In this document: positions 27,983 through 36,869 of the stretch, piece by piece
How the letters are laid out: each line of letters begins with the position of its first letter
Numbering within the stretch: position 1 is the first letter of the stretch
From: Patescibacteria group bacterium
GTDB taxonomy: Bacteria; Patescibacteriota; Microgenomatia; JAMCYU01
Direction: 5' to 3'
NCBI GenBank assembly: GCA_023473585.1
Contig: JAMCYU010000001.1
Span: 2,507 to 66,506, forward strand
DNA length: 64,000 nt
Made by a program: the position numbers and the translations under genes
The notes under the pieces: model-generated
Told to the model about the DNA's origin: nothing
Databases searched by the model: none
The model's input: only the letters and a program-made list of their open reading frames with translations

Positions 27983-29376
27983 CTAAGTTTTACAATCACA
28001 AAACGATCGTTGGTGACAATGGGTGTCCATTTTTTGAGGACGTATTGAGTTTCCAAATCGGGGACATTGGTATTGACATAATAATCTGCTCCCAAAGTTA
28101 TTTTTTTCTCGATCTCAAAACCCACTGGCCAACCTTGACGATTTGTCTGGTATAAAAAAGCCGTATCGCCCCCGTAGGGAGCAATAACTTTAGCGTCTTT
28201 GGGTATTAATTTATCCGTTGCCAAACCGGCCTCAACAATCGCCGGATTATTAATCCAGTAATAACTTCTTATCTCCCGCCAGGAGAGCAGGGTTCCTAAA
28301 AGAAAACAGAAAAGCACCATCGTCAAACTGGATAAACGCTGGAAATTGTTATTTTTGCTCAATAAAACCGCCATCCCCTGGCCCAAAAAAATGGCCAGGA
28401 TCGGTAGCCATAAAATTTGGTAGTAATCATGCTGAACATTGCCGCGGGCAAAAACAAGCGCGTAGAGAACGGTTCCTGCCAAGAGGAACAGATTCGTTTT
28501 TTGAGAACCGGTTGATTTAGAGATTAAACCTATAACTAAAAAGACAATCAGCCAATAACCAGAAATAAGCTTGGCCAGTCTTTCTCCCAATAACCAATAA
28601 AAATAAGCGCCGGAAAAACGGATATTCCCGTCATTTAAAAGCCAGAAGTTAGCCGGAATCCCTTCCGGGTATTGCCCAATCCAATAACGCCAGAACAAAA
28701 ACGGCAAAACCGCGAAAAGGGAAAAAAGAAAAAGTTTCAAAAAATAACGGCCGCCGAAGACAGGGTTTCTCAACCAAAAATAAACTAACGGCAAAAGAAG
28801 AAAACCGGCAGTAGGTTTCGTCAGAAGAGCTAAACCCGATAAAATAGCGGCGTTAAACCAAGATTTATCAAAAACCCAAAGAGCCCCGATAGCAAAAAAG
28901 ACCGCCAGCATTTCCGGCAGGATAGCCCGGCTGTAAAAAATGCCGTATGGTAAAAAACAAAAAACAATAAGGGTACAAAAAGCAACCAAGTCTCCGCCTC
29001 TTTTTCTGGCAAGACTAAAAAGAAAAAACGCCGTCCCTAATGAGGCCAGGATACTGATTAAACGCAGTGCTATTTCGATCGTCATCCCCGGTATCATTTT
29101 CGTCAACTTAAATAATCCCACCCCTAATGTTTGGTAAACAGGAAATTCCACCATCCTGTACCCCAAAAGATTATCTTTCCCCGATTGGATATTGGAGAGG
29201 TCATCATAACGAGGCCGAAGAGGGTCAAAACCAAATTTTAAAAAATTTCTCGCCACCGCCGCCGTATCGGCCTGACGCCAAGAATGCCAATCCGCAACCG
29301 GACCATTAAGCCGGTAGAGTCTAAAAACAAAAGCTAATAAAATAATGACGAGAAATAAAATCCGTGTTTTTATCAT
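27979..29376 (-). CDS. Polytopic GT-C-type membrane glycosyltransferase (ArnT/PMT-like, COG1807-type)
   Basis: 465 aa with ~11 predicted TM helices. N-terminal motif …FRLYRLNGPVADWHSWRQADTAAVARNF… resembles the first-loop signature of bacterial PMT/ArnT-family lipid-linked-sugar transferases. Confidence 0.55.
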   Translation of the reverse strand: MIKTRILFLVIILLAFVFRLYRLNGPVADWHSWRQADTAAVARNFLKFGFDPLRPRYDDLSNIQSGKDNLLGYRMVEFPVYQTLGVGLFKLTKMIPGMTIEIALRLISILASLGTAFFLFSLARKRGGDLVAFCTLIVFCFLPYGIFYSRAILPEMLAVFFAIGALWVFDKSWFNAAILSGLALLTKPTAGFLLLPLVYFWLRNPVFGGRYFLKLFLFSLFAVLPFLFWRYWIGQYPEGIPANFWLLNDGNIRFSGAYFYWLLGERLAKLISGYWLIVFLVIGLISKSTGSQKTNLFLLAGTVLYALVFARGNVQHDYYQILWLPILAIFLGQGMAVLLSKNNNFQRLSSLTMVLFCFLLGTLLSWREIRSYYWINNPAIVEAGLATDKLIPKDAKVIAPYGGDTAFLYQTNRQGWPVGFEIEKKITLGADYYVNTNVPDLETQYVLKKWTPIVTNDRFVIVKLR

Positions 29377-32366
29377 TTAATCGGTACTTGTTTGACCTCA
29401 CGCACGACTTCCTGAAGTTCACCTTTTTCAAAAACAAAAACGTGAGAATTCGGAGTCTTGTCCAGAAGATCAAGGGCTTGTTCAAGGGAAGGAACCGTTT
29501 GAATTTTTAGCGTCTCGTCCCGGAAAGAATGCCAAAGAGCATCATCCAAACCAACCGGGAAAACCCAGGCTCTTCCTTCTCTGATGGGGACGTCAACAAA
29601 ATAAAAAGTTTTTCCGTAGGTTAAGGTTATATATTTTAATCTTAAACCCGAAAGAAGTTTAAGGCTCATTTCCCCGGCTTTATACCAGTCTTTATTGGTC
29701 TTGTTCAATTCGCTAAGATAATAATTCGTCAGCAATCCCATTATCAAGATTAAACTCAAGAGCGCATAAACGATTTTCTTTTTCCTAAAAAACTCATAAA
29801 TTTTACAAAGGGTCAGACCCAAAATGATGGCCACGCCTGATGAACTTAAATAAGAATAACGTTCGGTAATATTACCCAAACCAAGAAAGGGTAATAAGGA
29901 GAGTATTGCCAAACCAAAACTAAAAATTGCCAGCGAGGAAAATCTTACTTTTCTTCTTCCCCACCAAAAGATCATAACCGCCAAAACCATCGAAAGACCG
30001 GAAAACAGCAAGAAGATATTCTTATATTGTCTGCCAAAATTGCGCCAGGAATCATAAAACGAAAGAAAGTTCGGACCGGTAAGAATTAATCCAAGATAGC
30101 CGAGTAAATTGCCTAAGCTGTTCGCAAAAAATAAATTCAGATTATAATTATAATCGCCAGAGAGACCGTGCGCCCCGGCCCACGATCTTAAAAGCAGATA
30201 AGCTGGAAGCAAGAGTAAAAAGGCAATCTGTGATTTAATTCTTTTTTGCCCTAAGGTCAGTTCATACCAAAGAATGATTAGCGGTCCGACAATCGCCCCT
30301 TCGTAACTCAAAATGGCCAATAAAAGCAAAAGAAAAGAGAAAAGATAATATCTTTTCTTATTGTTTTGCCTGAATAAACTGAAGAAATACAAGCCGCCAA
30401 TAATTAAAAGCGCGGCAAAGTCATTGCCTATGGTTGAAATCCAAAAAAGAGACTCGCCATGAGAAGGCATGATTAAAAAGATAAGGGCTGCCAAAGCAGC
30501 CAATAATTTATTCCGACTTGATTTAAGAGTAAAAAGATATAAGAAGGCGCTCGTTCCGAAATGAAAAATAAGACTTAGCAAATGATAGCCGAAAGATTTA
30601 AGCCAAAAAACAGTAAACGAAATTAAATAAATAATCTTCGGCACCGGCCGATAGAAAAATCCAGCGGCGTTTGTAAAAAACGAGGGAATATCCTTAAAAG
30701 TGCTTTGGGCTGCCCACCTAAGCCAGGTGAAATCATCACCGACAAAATAATTATTTAAACTGTGGGCAAAAAAACTAAAGGTTAAAATAAAGAGAATAAT
30801 TATGGAAAAAAGAGGCGAAAAGAGAATTTTTTTAATTTCGCTCATTAAGGGAATTTTTTCTTCGTAATAGAGTTTTAAACCGCCAAGGGTAATGCCCAAA
30901 ATAAGCCAAATCGAAAAAGCCACTTTGGAAGCCTCAAAGATATCAATAAGAACGGCGTTGACAGCCAATCCCGTAAAACCGGCCGCAACGCCGATCGCCA
31001 AACTCCGAAGAAATGGCTGGGTGATTTTTTTTAAGGCGTATTTGATAAAAATCGCCAAGTTCGCGATCAAAAAAAGAAAAGATAATAAGCCAAAAATCCC
31101 GGTTTCTCCCAACATCCTTAGATAATCATTATCGGTGGCCAGATTAATTGAGGAATAACCGGTACCCAAGAGAGGGTTTCTTTTAAAAGCCGCAATCGCC
31201 CTGGGCCACTCTCCCTGGATACGAGTCGTTAGGGAAATATCATAAACTAAGGCTTTTTGAATTAAGAAACTTCCCGAAATAGACGCAACCTCACCGGATG
31301 TGGTTGCCAGGGGTTGTTTCTTGATAATGGAAACGGTCATCGTCTTGGGAGCCGTTGTGACGGTCGTCGGTAACCCGATATAGCCGCTACCGGCAGGTAA
31401 ACTTTCCTCCGCCGGACTTTTTTCTGCTTCCGTGATAATCTTTCCGTCTTCAATTTTGTCAACCGTAGCAATTGGTTTACCTGTCTGCAAATCAAAAACC
31501 ACCTGTTTAACTCTAAAGGTTTTTAAATAACGCTCGCCCACCCCACTGGTTATATTCATAAAAAGAATGCTGACCAAAATAACCGGAATAATTAGGAGTT
31601 TTCTTTTCTGCCACCAAAGCATGATGGTCATGGTTATTAAATAAACCATAAAAGAAACTCTTGAGGCGGTAGACAAAAGAAGAAATAAACACAAAAGAAC
31701 GATGCCTAAAAGACCAATTTTGGCTAATTTTTTCTGGACCCCGAAAATGAGCGCGCTCAAAATAGCAATGACAAAAACCAAATAGGCCGCCAGATCGTAA
31801 TGTCCGGCAAAAGTGGAAGTAATTCGGGCGCCTTCAGGAAGATAAAGAGGAATTCCCTTGGCAAATTCTTCGTTCATCGTTAAAAAAGCCGGAAAACCAA
31901 GCAATTTTTGTCCAAAACCGTAGAATAAAACTCCCAAAACGGTAAAGATCAAAATAAAGAGGTAATGATAAACATCTTTAAGACTTTTAACGGTGGAAAA
32001 GGCAATCAGAAAAATGACCATATACTCAATCCGGCGCACCCAGTGAAGGATAGCGACATTGGGGAAAAAATTTGACAATCTGGAAGATAAAAAAACCAGG
32101 GAAAAGACAAGGGAAATTCCCCCAATTAACCAGTAAAGAAAAATCGGCAAAGTTAAGGGTGTCTTTAGGCTCAACCTCCCCTTTAAGAGGTTAAGAACCC
32201 AAATAAAAACTAAGGCTGTCAAGAAAATATCTTCGAGTCTGATGTAAACCCAGGTATGAGGAACGTCTATTAAGGGTAATTTGGGCCATAAAGGGATAAA
32301 AGCCAATAAAAAACCCACGCCAATTTTTAAAAGATGATTGTCAAGCCAATTTATAAGCTTTCGCAT
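29373..32366 (-). CDS. Fusion membrane protein: N-terminal O-antigen ligase/polymerase-like (Wzy_C) domain plus C-terminal PMT/ArnT-like GT-C domain
   Basis: 997 aa with more than 20 TM helices. Residues ~1-450 contain Wzy_C-like signatures …RITSTFAGHYDLAAYLVF… and …TDNDYLRMLGETGIFGLLSFLFL… (compare the WaaL/Wzy H-N-x-Y-L…E-T-G motif). Residues ~500-997 contain …FFAHSLNNYFVGDDFTWLRW… and a further polytopic region, as in PMT_2-type GT-C enzymes. Confidence 0.55.
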   Translation of the reverse strand: MRKLINWLDNHLLKIGVGFLLAFIPLWPKLPLIDVPHTWVYIRLEDIFLTALVFIWVLNLLKGRLSLKTPLTLPIFLYWLIGGISLVFSLVFLSSRLSNFFPNVAILHWVRRIEYMVIFLIAFSTVKSLKDVYHYLFILIFTVLGVLFYGFGQKLLGFPAFLTMNEEFAKGIPLYLPEGARITSTFAGHYDLAAYLVFVIAILSALIFGVQKKLAKIGLLGIVLLCLFLLLSTASRVSFMVYLITMTIMLWWQKRKLLIIPVILVSILFMNITSGVGERYLKTFRVKQVVFDLQTGKPIATVDKIEDGKIITEAEKSPAEESLPAGSGYIGLPTTVTTAPKTMTVSIIKKQPLATTSGEVASISGSFLIQKALVYDISLTTRIQGEWPRAIAAFKRNPLLGTGYSSINLATDNDYLRMLGETGIFGLLSFLFLIANLAIFIKYALKKITQPFLRSLAIGVAAGFTGLAVNAVLIDIFEASKVAFSIWLILGITLGGLKLYYEEKIPLMSEIKKILFSPLFSIIILFILTFSFFAHSLNNYFVGDDFTWLRWAAQSTFKDIPSFFTNAAGFFYRPVPKIIYLISFTVFWLKSFGYHLLSLIFHFGTSAFLYLFTLKSSRNKLLAALAALIFLIMPSHGESLFWISTIGNDFAALLIIGGLYFFSLFRQNNKKRYYLFSFLLLLLAILSYEGAIVGPLIILWYELTLGQKRIKSQIAFLLLLPAYLLLRSWAGAHGLSGDYNYNLNLFFANSLGNLLGYLGLILTGPNFLSFYDSWRNFGRQYKNIFLLFSGLSMVLAVMIFWWGRRKVRFSSLAIFSFGLAILSLLPFLGLGNITERYSYLSSSGVAIILGLTLCKIYEFFRKKKIVYALLSLILIMGLLTNYYLSELNKTNKDWYKAGEMSLKLLSGLRLKYITLTYGKTFYFVDVPIREGRAWVFPVGLDDALWHSFRDETLKIQTVPSLEQALDLLDKTPNSHVFVFEKGELQEVVREVKQVPIK

Positions 32367-33234
32367 AAATTCTTTTTGCTTCCGGGTCTTTAGCGATTAT
32401 ACCAAAAAGAACATATCTTACCAAGGCTCCTGATTTTAAAAGAAACCTTAAAATCGGCATCTGTAAGGGTGATTTGTGTTTTTTAAAAAAATACAAAATC
32501 TCTTGAAATTCTTCAGCGATACCCGCTAAATCGTCCCTGGCGGAAGAACCTTTAAGATGAACGACCCCAGCTTGGGGGTTAAAAACGATCTTTATACCAA
32601 ATTTACTCGCCCTGGCACACCAATCAACCTCCTCCACGTACATAAACATCTTTTCGTCGAAATAACCAACTTTTTCGATCATTTCCCTGGTGGTCAAGAG
32701 AAAGGCGCCTGTCACCCAGCCTAAATCCTGTTGGCGAGTATAGAACTTTAGATTATCCATATGATATGGTTTAAGAAACTGATTTAAAAAATCGAGATTA
32801 TCCAAAAAACTCATCCATAAAAAAACATTAAATAAATTCGGCAGGAATCCTCCTGATGGTTGCAGCGAACCGTCAAGGTTCCTGATCTGACAACCAACAA
32901 CCCCGACTTCCTGATGATTTTGTAAAAAAGAGAGTTCCGTCTCGATCGCTTTTTCAGAAACTAACGTGTCGCTATTTAAAATAAGAAGATAAGTCCCTTT
33001 TGCCTCTCTTAGTCCCTGATTGACAGCTTTGGCAAAACCCAGATTTTTTAGATTTTTTAAAATTTTAACCTGCCCATATCTTTTCTCAACCTCTGCCGCT
33101 GTTTTATCTTCCGAGGCATTGTCAACGACAATGATCTCAAAATCTCCGTTTGTCGTTTGATAAATTGAGGCAAGACAATTAAGAAGAAGGTCGCAGGTAT
33201 TATAACTGGGAATAATAATCGAAAGATCAGCCAT
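32341..33234 (-). CDS. Glycosyltransferase family 2 (GT-A)
   Basis: …LSIIIPSYNTCDLLLNCLASI…EIIVVDNASEDKT…NLGFAKAVNQGLREAKGTYLLILNSDT…. Start taken at MADLS (ATG 33234), directly after the upstream stop. The longest ORF extends to 33318. Confidence 0.75.
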   Translation of the reverse strand: MADLSIIIPSYNTCDLLLNCLASIYQTTNGDFEIIVVDNASEDKTAAEVEKRYGQVKILKNLKNLGFAKAVNQGLREAKGTYLLILNSDTLVSEKAIETELSFLQNHQEVGVVGCQIRNLDGSLQPSGGFLPNLFNVFLWMSFLDNLDFLNQFLKPYHMDNLKFYTRQQDLGWVTGAFLLTTREMIEKVGYFDEKMFMYVEEVDWCARASKFGIKIVFNPQAGVVHLKGSSARDDLAGIAEEFQEILYFFKKHKSPLQMPILRFLLKSGALVRYVLFGIIAKDPEAKRIYAKAYKLA

Positions 33235-33235
33235 A

Positions 33236-33832
33236 TTATTGGAAGAGCCTGGCTCGTCCCAGACGGTATTGGGGATCTTTAAGCTGTCTTTCGGCAATCG
33301 GCTTGGCCGGAACACCACCTACCACCGTAAATTCAGGCACGTCTTTGGTTACCACCGCGCCGGCGGCCAAAATCGCTCCCCTGCCCACTTTAACCCCGGG
33401 CTGAATCATCACTCTCGGGCCGATAAAAACATAGTCAGCGATGGTCACGGGTGCACTGATCGCTTCAAAATCAGGACTATGGATGTTATGTTTGGCGTTA
33501 TAAATAAGAACCTGAGAGGCGATATCGACATGATCGCCGATAGAAAGAGGCGCCCGGCCGTCCAAAAAGACATGATCGCCGATGATCGTATCTTCGCCGA
33601 TGGTCACGCCTTTGGGATCAAAAAAATTCGCCCACATATGAATAATTGAGCCTTTGCCGATTTTCACGCCGGCAAGTTTATAAACCCAACGCCTGACAAA
33701 GTGCAACGGCACATGTCCTATCAATCGCAAAATCATAATTTCAAAATCAAGCCAGTAGTTATAAAGCCGGTTGACAATTTTCAGCAAAGCCTGGCTGAAA
33801 CTTAGTTCTAGACCATTTTTATCTTTAAACAT
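33236..33832 (-). CDS. Hexapeptide-repeat (left-handed beta-helix) sugar O-acetyltransferase (WbbJ/Maa-like)
   Basis: …IGDHVFLDGRAPLSIGDHVDIASQVLIYN… and …YVFIGPRVMIQPGVKVGRGAILAAGAVVTKDVPEFTVVGGVPAKPI…. 198 aa. Confidence 0.75.
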   Translation of the reverse strand: MFKDKNGLELSFSQALLKIVNRLYNYWLDFEIMILRLIGHVPLHFVRRWVYKLAGVKIGKGSIIHMWANFFDPKGVTIGEDTIIGDHVFLDGRAPLSIGDHVDIASQVLIYNAKHNIHSPDFEAISAPVTIADYVFIGPRVMIQPGVKVGRGAILAAGAVVTKDVPEFTVVGGVPAKPIAERQLKDPQYRLGRARLFQ

Positions 33833-34979
33833 GTTTTTCTCCTACTTGTTTTAAAACATTTAACGTCTCTTTGGCGCATTTTTCCCAGCTGAATTTACTT
33901 GCCTGGATTTTCCCTTTTTCAATCAGCACCATTCTTTCATCACTCTCTATCGTTAAGACCTTTTCCAGGCCTTGGATAATGTCTTGGCTATCGTTAGGAT
34001 CAACCAGAATCCCCGCCTCGCCAACCACTTCCGGAAGACTGGAAGTATTTGAGGTAACAACCGGACAACCATAGTTTAAAGCTTCCAAAACCGGCAAACC
34101 GAATCCCTCATAAAGACTGACCAAAACAAAACATTTGGCCTTTTGATAAAGAGCTGGCAGATCCTCATCCGGCACATAATCTAAAAATTTAACCTTCCTT
34201 TCGACGCCGAATTTGCGGGGCGCTTCATAAATCTCCCGATAAAGCCAGCCGGGCTTCCCGACGATAACCAGGGTATAGGGATTGGGATTTAAAGAAGAAA
34301 AGGCCTCAATTAATTTAACAAAGTTTTTCCTCGGCTGCAGCGTCCCCACCGATAAAATGTAGTCATTTTCTATACCGTATTTCTTTTTTATCTCTTCCAT
34401 ACTTAATACTTGATACTTAATACTTGTTACTTGTGTCAGTCCCGGATACGTCACCACTACTTTATCTTCTGCTATTTGATAATACTTAATTATATCACGC
34501 TTCGAAGCTTGCGAGATAGTTAAGACCTTTCTGGCTTTTTTAACCGAATAGGCGGTCCAGTTTTTAAGCTGATAAAGATCGCTTTTTTTAAACATTTCCG
34601 GATATTTCAAAAACGAAAGGTCCATGACGGAAACGACTCTGGGAAAGGGACAAAATCGAGGCGCGTAATGAGTGGGTGTAAAAAAAACGTCAATCTTTTC
34701 TTTTTCACTTAACTTATTTTTCAAAAGCGCCAAGGGCAAGCCTAATTGCGTCCATAACTTTTTGGGGCCGACGATTTTATATTTCCACCGCTCGGTCTCG
34801 TTAGGCAAATCTATCGATGGCTTGTTTTTTAAATATACTTGATAATTAATACTTGATTCTTGATACCTGTCGAATTGTTTTAACAATTCAAAGGCATACC
34901 TGCCTACTCCGACCCTGGTTTTGAAATTAGCCTCATTACCATCAACACCAATTAAAAGAGTTTTTGTCTTGTCTTGCAT
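33825..34979 (-). CDS. Glycosyltransferase family 4 (GT-B), intact paralog of the split/truncated GT4 genes
   Basis: N-domain …LLIGVDGNEANFKTRVGVGRYAFELL…. C-domain …YILSVGTLQPRKN…SLYEGFGLPVLEALNYGCPVVTSNTSSLPEVVGEAGILVDP…. Two in-frame heptanucleotide tracts encode …SSINYQVYLKN… and …TQVTSIKYQVLSM…. Confidence 0.75.
   Translation of the reverse strand: MQDKTKTLLIGVDGNEANFKTRVGVGRYAFELLKQFDRYQESSINYQVYLKNKPSIDLPNETERWKYKIVGPKKLWTQLGLPLALLKNKLSEKEKIDVFFTPTHYAPRFCPFPRVVSVMDLSFLKYPEMFKKSDLYQLKNWTAYSVKKARKVLTISQASKRDIIKYYQIAEDKVVVTYPGLTQVTSIKYQVLSMEEIKKKYGIENDYILSVGTLQPRKNFVKLIEAFSSLNPNPYTLVIVGKPGWLYREIYEAPRKFGVERKVKFLDYVPDEDLPALYQKAKCFVLVSLYEGFGLPVLEALNYGCPVVTSNTSSLPEVVGEAGILVDPNDSQDIIQGLEKVLTIESDERMVLIEKGKIQASKFSWEKCAKETLNVLKQVGEKHV
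34399..34433 (-). repeat. Five tandem heptanucleotides (ATACTTA ATACTTG ATACTTA ATACTTG TTACTTG) in the GT4 inter-domain linker
   Basis: Direct reading. Encodes TQVTSIKYQVLS. Confidence 0.85.
34835..34869 (-). repeat. Five tandem heptanucleotides (ATACTTG ATAATTA ATACTTG ATTCTTG ATACCTG) in the GT4 N-domain
   Basis: Direct reading. Encodes DRYQESSINYQVY. Confidence 0.8.
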
Positions 34980-35056
34980 AAATAAATTCTTTTATGAGAT
35001 TTACTATATTGCTTTAAAGTAATATAGTTTTTAGCCTTATTTTCTACGTTCTTCTC

Positions 35057-35608
35057 TTAAATTCTCCTCCAGTCTTCCACTTTCCCCGGATAAGTTACTT
35101 TTAGTCTTTTCTCTTCAATCCCTAAAATTTGCATGGCATCCCGTTTTGTGCTTTCGGAAATAGAAAAAATAACCGCTGACTCTTTTTTAACCCATTTAAG
35201 CTTCCTTTTTTGAGTCGCCACGATTTTTTTAGCGGTTTCCTCTGGATATTTGTAAACGATAAGATCATACAAAATGGTGGCTTTTTTAGCCTTTAATACC
35301 GGCGGTTCGGTCCAGTCAGAAGTAATAAAGATGTCAACGTCTCCGATAAACCATTCTATGGGGAAAAGATGCAGTCTGTTCCAGAGAAAAGCCAATAGAG
35401 CAAGTGGCAGCCAGAATGTTTTAAGCCGAACATTATTATGCTTGATACTTGATACTGGAAACTTAATACTTTTCCTCAAACTTGAAAAAAACAGAACATA
35501 CTCATTTTTTTTGTCTATCTTTAACAAGTTCTCCACCAAATTCCCTAAATAAGAAGCGACTCCGGTTTTCTCATACGCCATCTGACTAATATCAATGCCT
35601 ATTCTCAT
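35057..35608 (-). CDS. GT4 N-terminal-domain-only ORF (truncated paralog; possible gene remnant)
   Basis: 183 aa. MRIGIDISQMAYEKTGVASYLGNLVENLL… is homologous to the N-domains of 25420-25944 and 33825-34979. Ends …RLKVTYPGKVEDWRRI at the inter-domain linker, and only 77 nt separate it from the next gene. Contains the heptamer tract 35438-35472. Confidence 0.5.
   Translation of the reverse strand: MRIGIDISQMAYEKTGVASYLGNLVENLLKIDKKNEYVLFFSSLRKSIKFPVSSIKHNNVRLKTFWLPLALLAFLWNRLHLFPIEWFIGDVDIFITSDWTEPPVLKAKKATILYDLIVYKYPEETAKKIVATQKRKLKWVKKESAVIFSISESTKRDAMQILGIEEKRLKVTYPGKVEDWRRI
35438..35472 (-). repeat. Five tandem heptanucleotides (ATGCTTG ATACTTG ATACTGG AAACTTA ATACTTT)
   Basis: Direct reading. 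Encodes …KSIKFPVSSIKHN…. Confidence 0.75.
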
Positions 35609-36603
35609 CTTCTTTTATCGGGTCCATAACCTTTGGGGTGAGTCGAGTGCCATTTCCAGGCTGTTTCCACAATCGTTTGCAAGTCAGAATACTTAGGCTC
35701 CCAACCTAATTCTTTTTTGATTTTGGCAGCATCGGCGATCAGTTCCTTGGCATCACCCGGACGCCGACTGCCAAACTTAAGAGGAAAATCTACGCCGCTG
35801 ACTTTTTTAACGATATTAACCACCTCAATATTGGAAAAGCCTATACCTGGCCCGACATTATAAATATGGCTTGACGAATTTTTCATCAAAGAATCAAGGG
35901 CTAGAAGATGAGCCTCACAAAGATCAATAACATGAATATAATCTCTGATGCAGGTTCCGTCTTTCGTTTCATAGTCATTCCCGTAAATCGTAAACTCTCT
36001 GTTTTCCAGGGCCGCCTTAACGGCCAGCGGAATAAGATGCGTCTCTTCCTGATGGTCTTCGCCAAATTGTCCGTCCAGACTCGCTCCGGCGGCGTTAAAG
36101 TAACGTAGAGAAACAGAACGCAGGTTAAACAATTGATCATACCAGGCAAGGATTTTTTCCACCATTAACTTTGACTCGCCATAAGGATTCGTCGGTTCTT
36201 GAGGATCATTCTCGCTAATGGGGATTCTCGTCGGATTGCCATAAACTCCGGCAGAAGAGGAAAAAATTAACCTTAAGACGCCGGATTTAACCATCGCTTC
36301 GATGAGATTTAAGGCTCCGTAAGTATTTGTGTAAAAATATTTATAGGGGTTTTGCATTGATTCCTTCATGGAAATAACCCCGGCAAAGTGCATAACGGCA
36401 TCAAATCTATTTTCAGAAAATAATTTAAACAAACAGTTTTGATCATTAACGTCACCAGTAATGAGTGGAATAGTTGATGGGAGAGTTTTTCGATGTCCTT
36501 CTTTAAGATTGTCTAAAACAACAACTTTGTGATTCTTTTCAAATAATTGCCTTACCATTTGACTACCAATATAACCGGCTCCTCCTGTGACTAAAATTTT
36601 CAT
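35605..36603 (-). CDS. galE: UDP-glucose 4-epimerase
   Basis: MKILVTGGAGYIGSQMVRQL…, …SSSAGVYGNP…YGESKLMVEKIL… (YxxxK), …YNVGPGIGFS…. 332 aa. Confidence 0.8.
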   Translation of the reverse strand: MKILVTGGAGYIGSQMVRQLFEKNHKVVVLDNLKEGHRKTLPSTIPLITGDVNDQNCLFKLFSENRFDAVMHFAGVISMKESMQNPYKYFYTNTYGALNLIEAMVKSGVLRLIFSSSAGVYGNPTRIPISENDPQEPTNPYGESKLMVEKILAWYDQLFNLRSVSLRYFNAAGASLDGQFGEDHQEETHLIPLAVKAALENREFTIYGNDYETKDGTCIRDYIHVIDLCEAHLLALDSLMKNSSSHIYNVGPGIGFSNIEVVNIVKKVSGVDFPLKFGSRRPGDAKELIADAAKIKKELGWEPKYSDLQTIVETAWKWHSTHPKGYGPDKRR

Positions 36604-36869
36604 TCTTTTCTCCTTCTTTTAATTTCGACTAATTGTAGGGTAATACTTAAGACGAAAAAAGCCGCGGCGTAGATGACGAATCTTTGAGCGGTAAAAAAAA
36701 CCCAAAGTGCAAAAAGCGGCATGGCTAAAATTAAAAAAAGCAGGCCCAAACCGGCAGCCAATCGTCCGCTTCTTATAAAGAAAGCCGAAAACAGAAGAAT
36801 GAGAAAGCCGATATCTTGAATTTTCATGATCCTAACCCTTATTATAGAGGAAATGAGCCGGTTAAACAA
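36600..36869 (-). CDS. Small hypothetical membrane protein (2-3 TM), translationally coupled to galE
   Basis: 89 aa with hydrophobic segments GFLILLFSAFFI / LGLLFLILAMPLFALWVFF / FVIYAAAFFVLSITL. Its stop overlaps the galE start. Its 5' end overlaps the divergent plus-strand gene, so the true start may be the internal Met (MKIQD, 36827). Confidence 0.4.
   Translation of the reverse strand: MFNRLISSIIRVRIMKIQDIGFLILLFSAFFIRSGRLAAGLGLLFLILAMPLFALWVFFTAQRFVIYAAAFFVLSITLQLVEIKRRRKE

Noticed and set aside
35274-36149. Several 60-92-aa ORFs on both strands overlapping the GT4 fragment and galE
   Set aside because: Overlap confidently assigned genes (galE motifs are unambiguous) and show no protein-like motifs.
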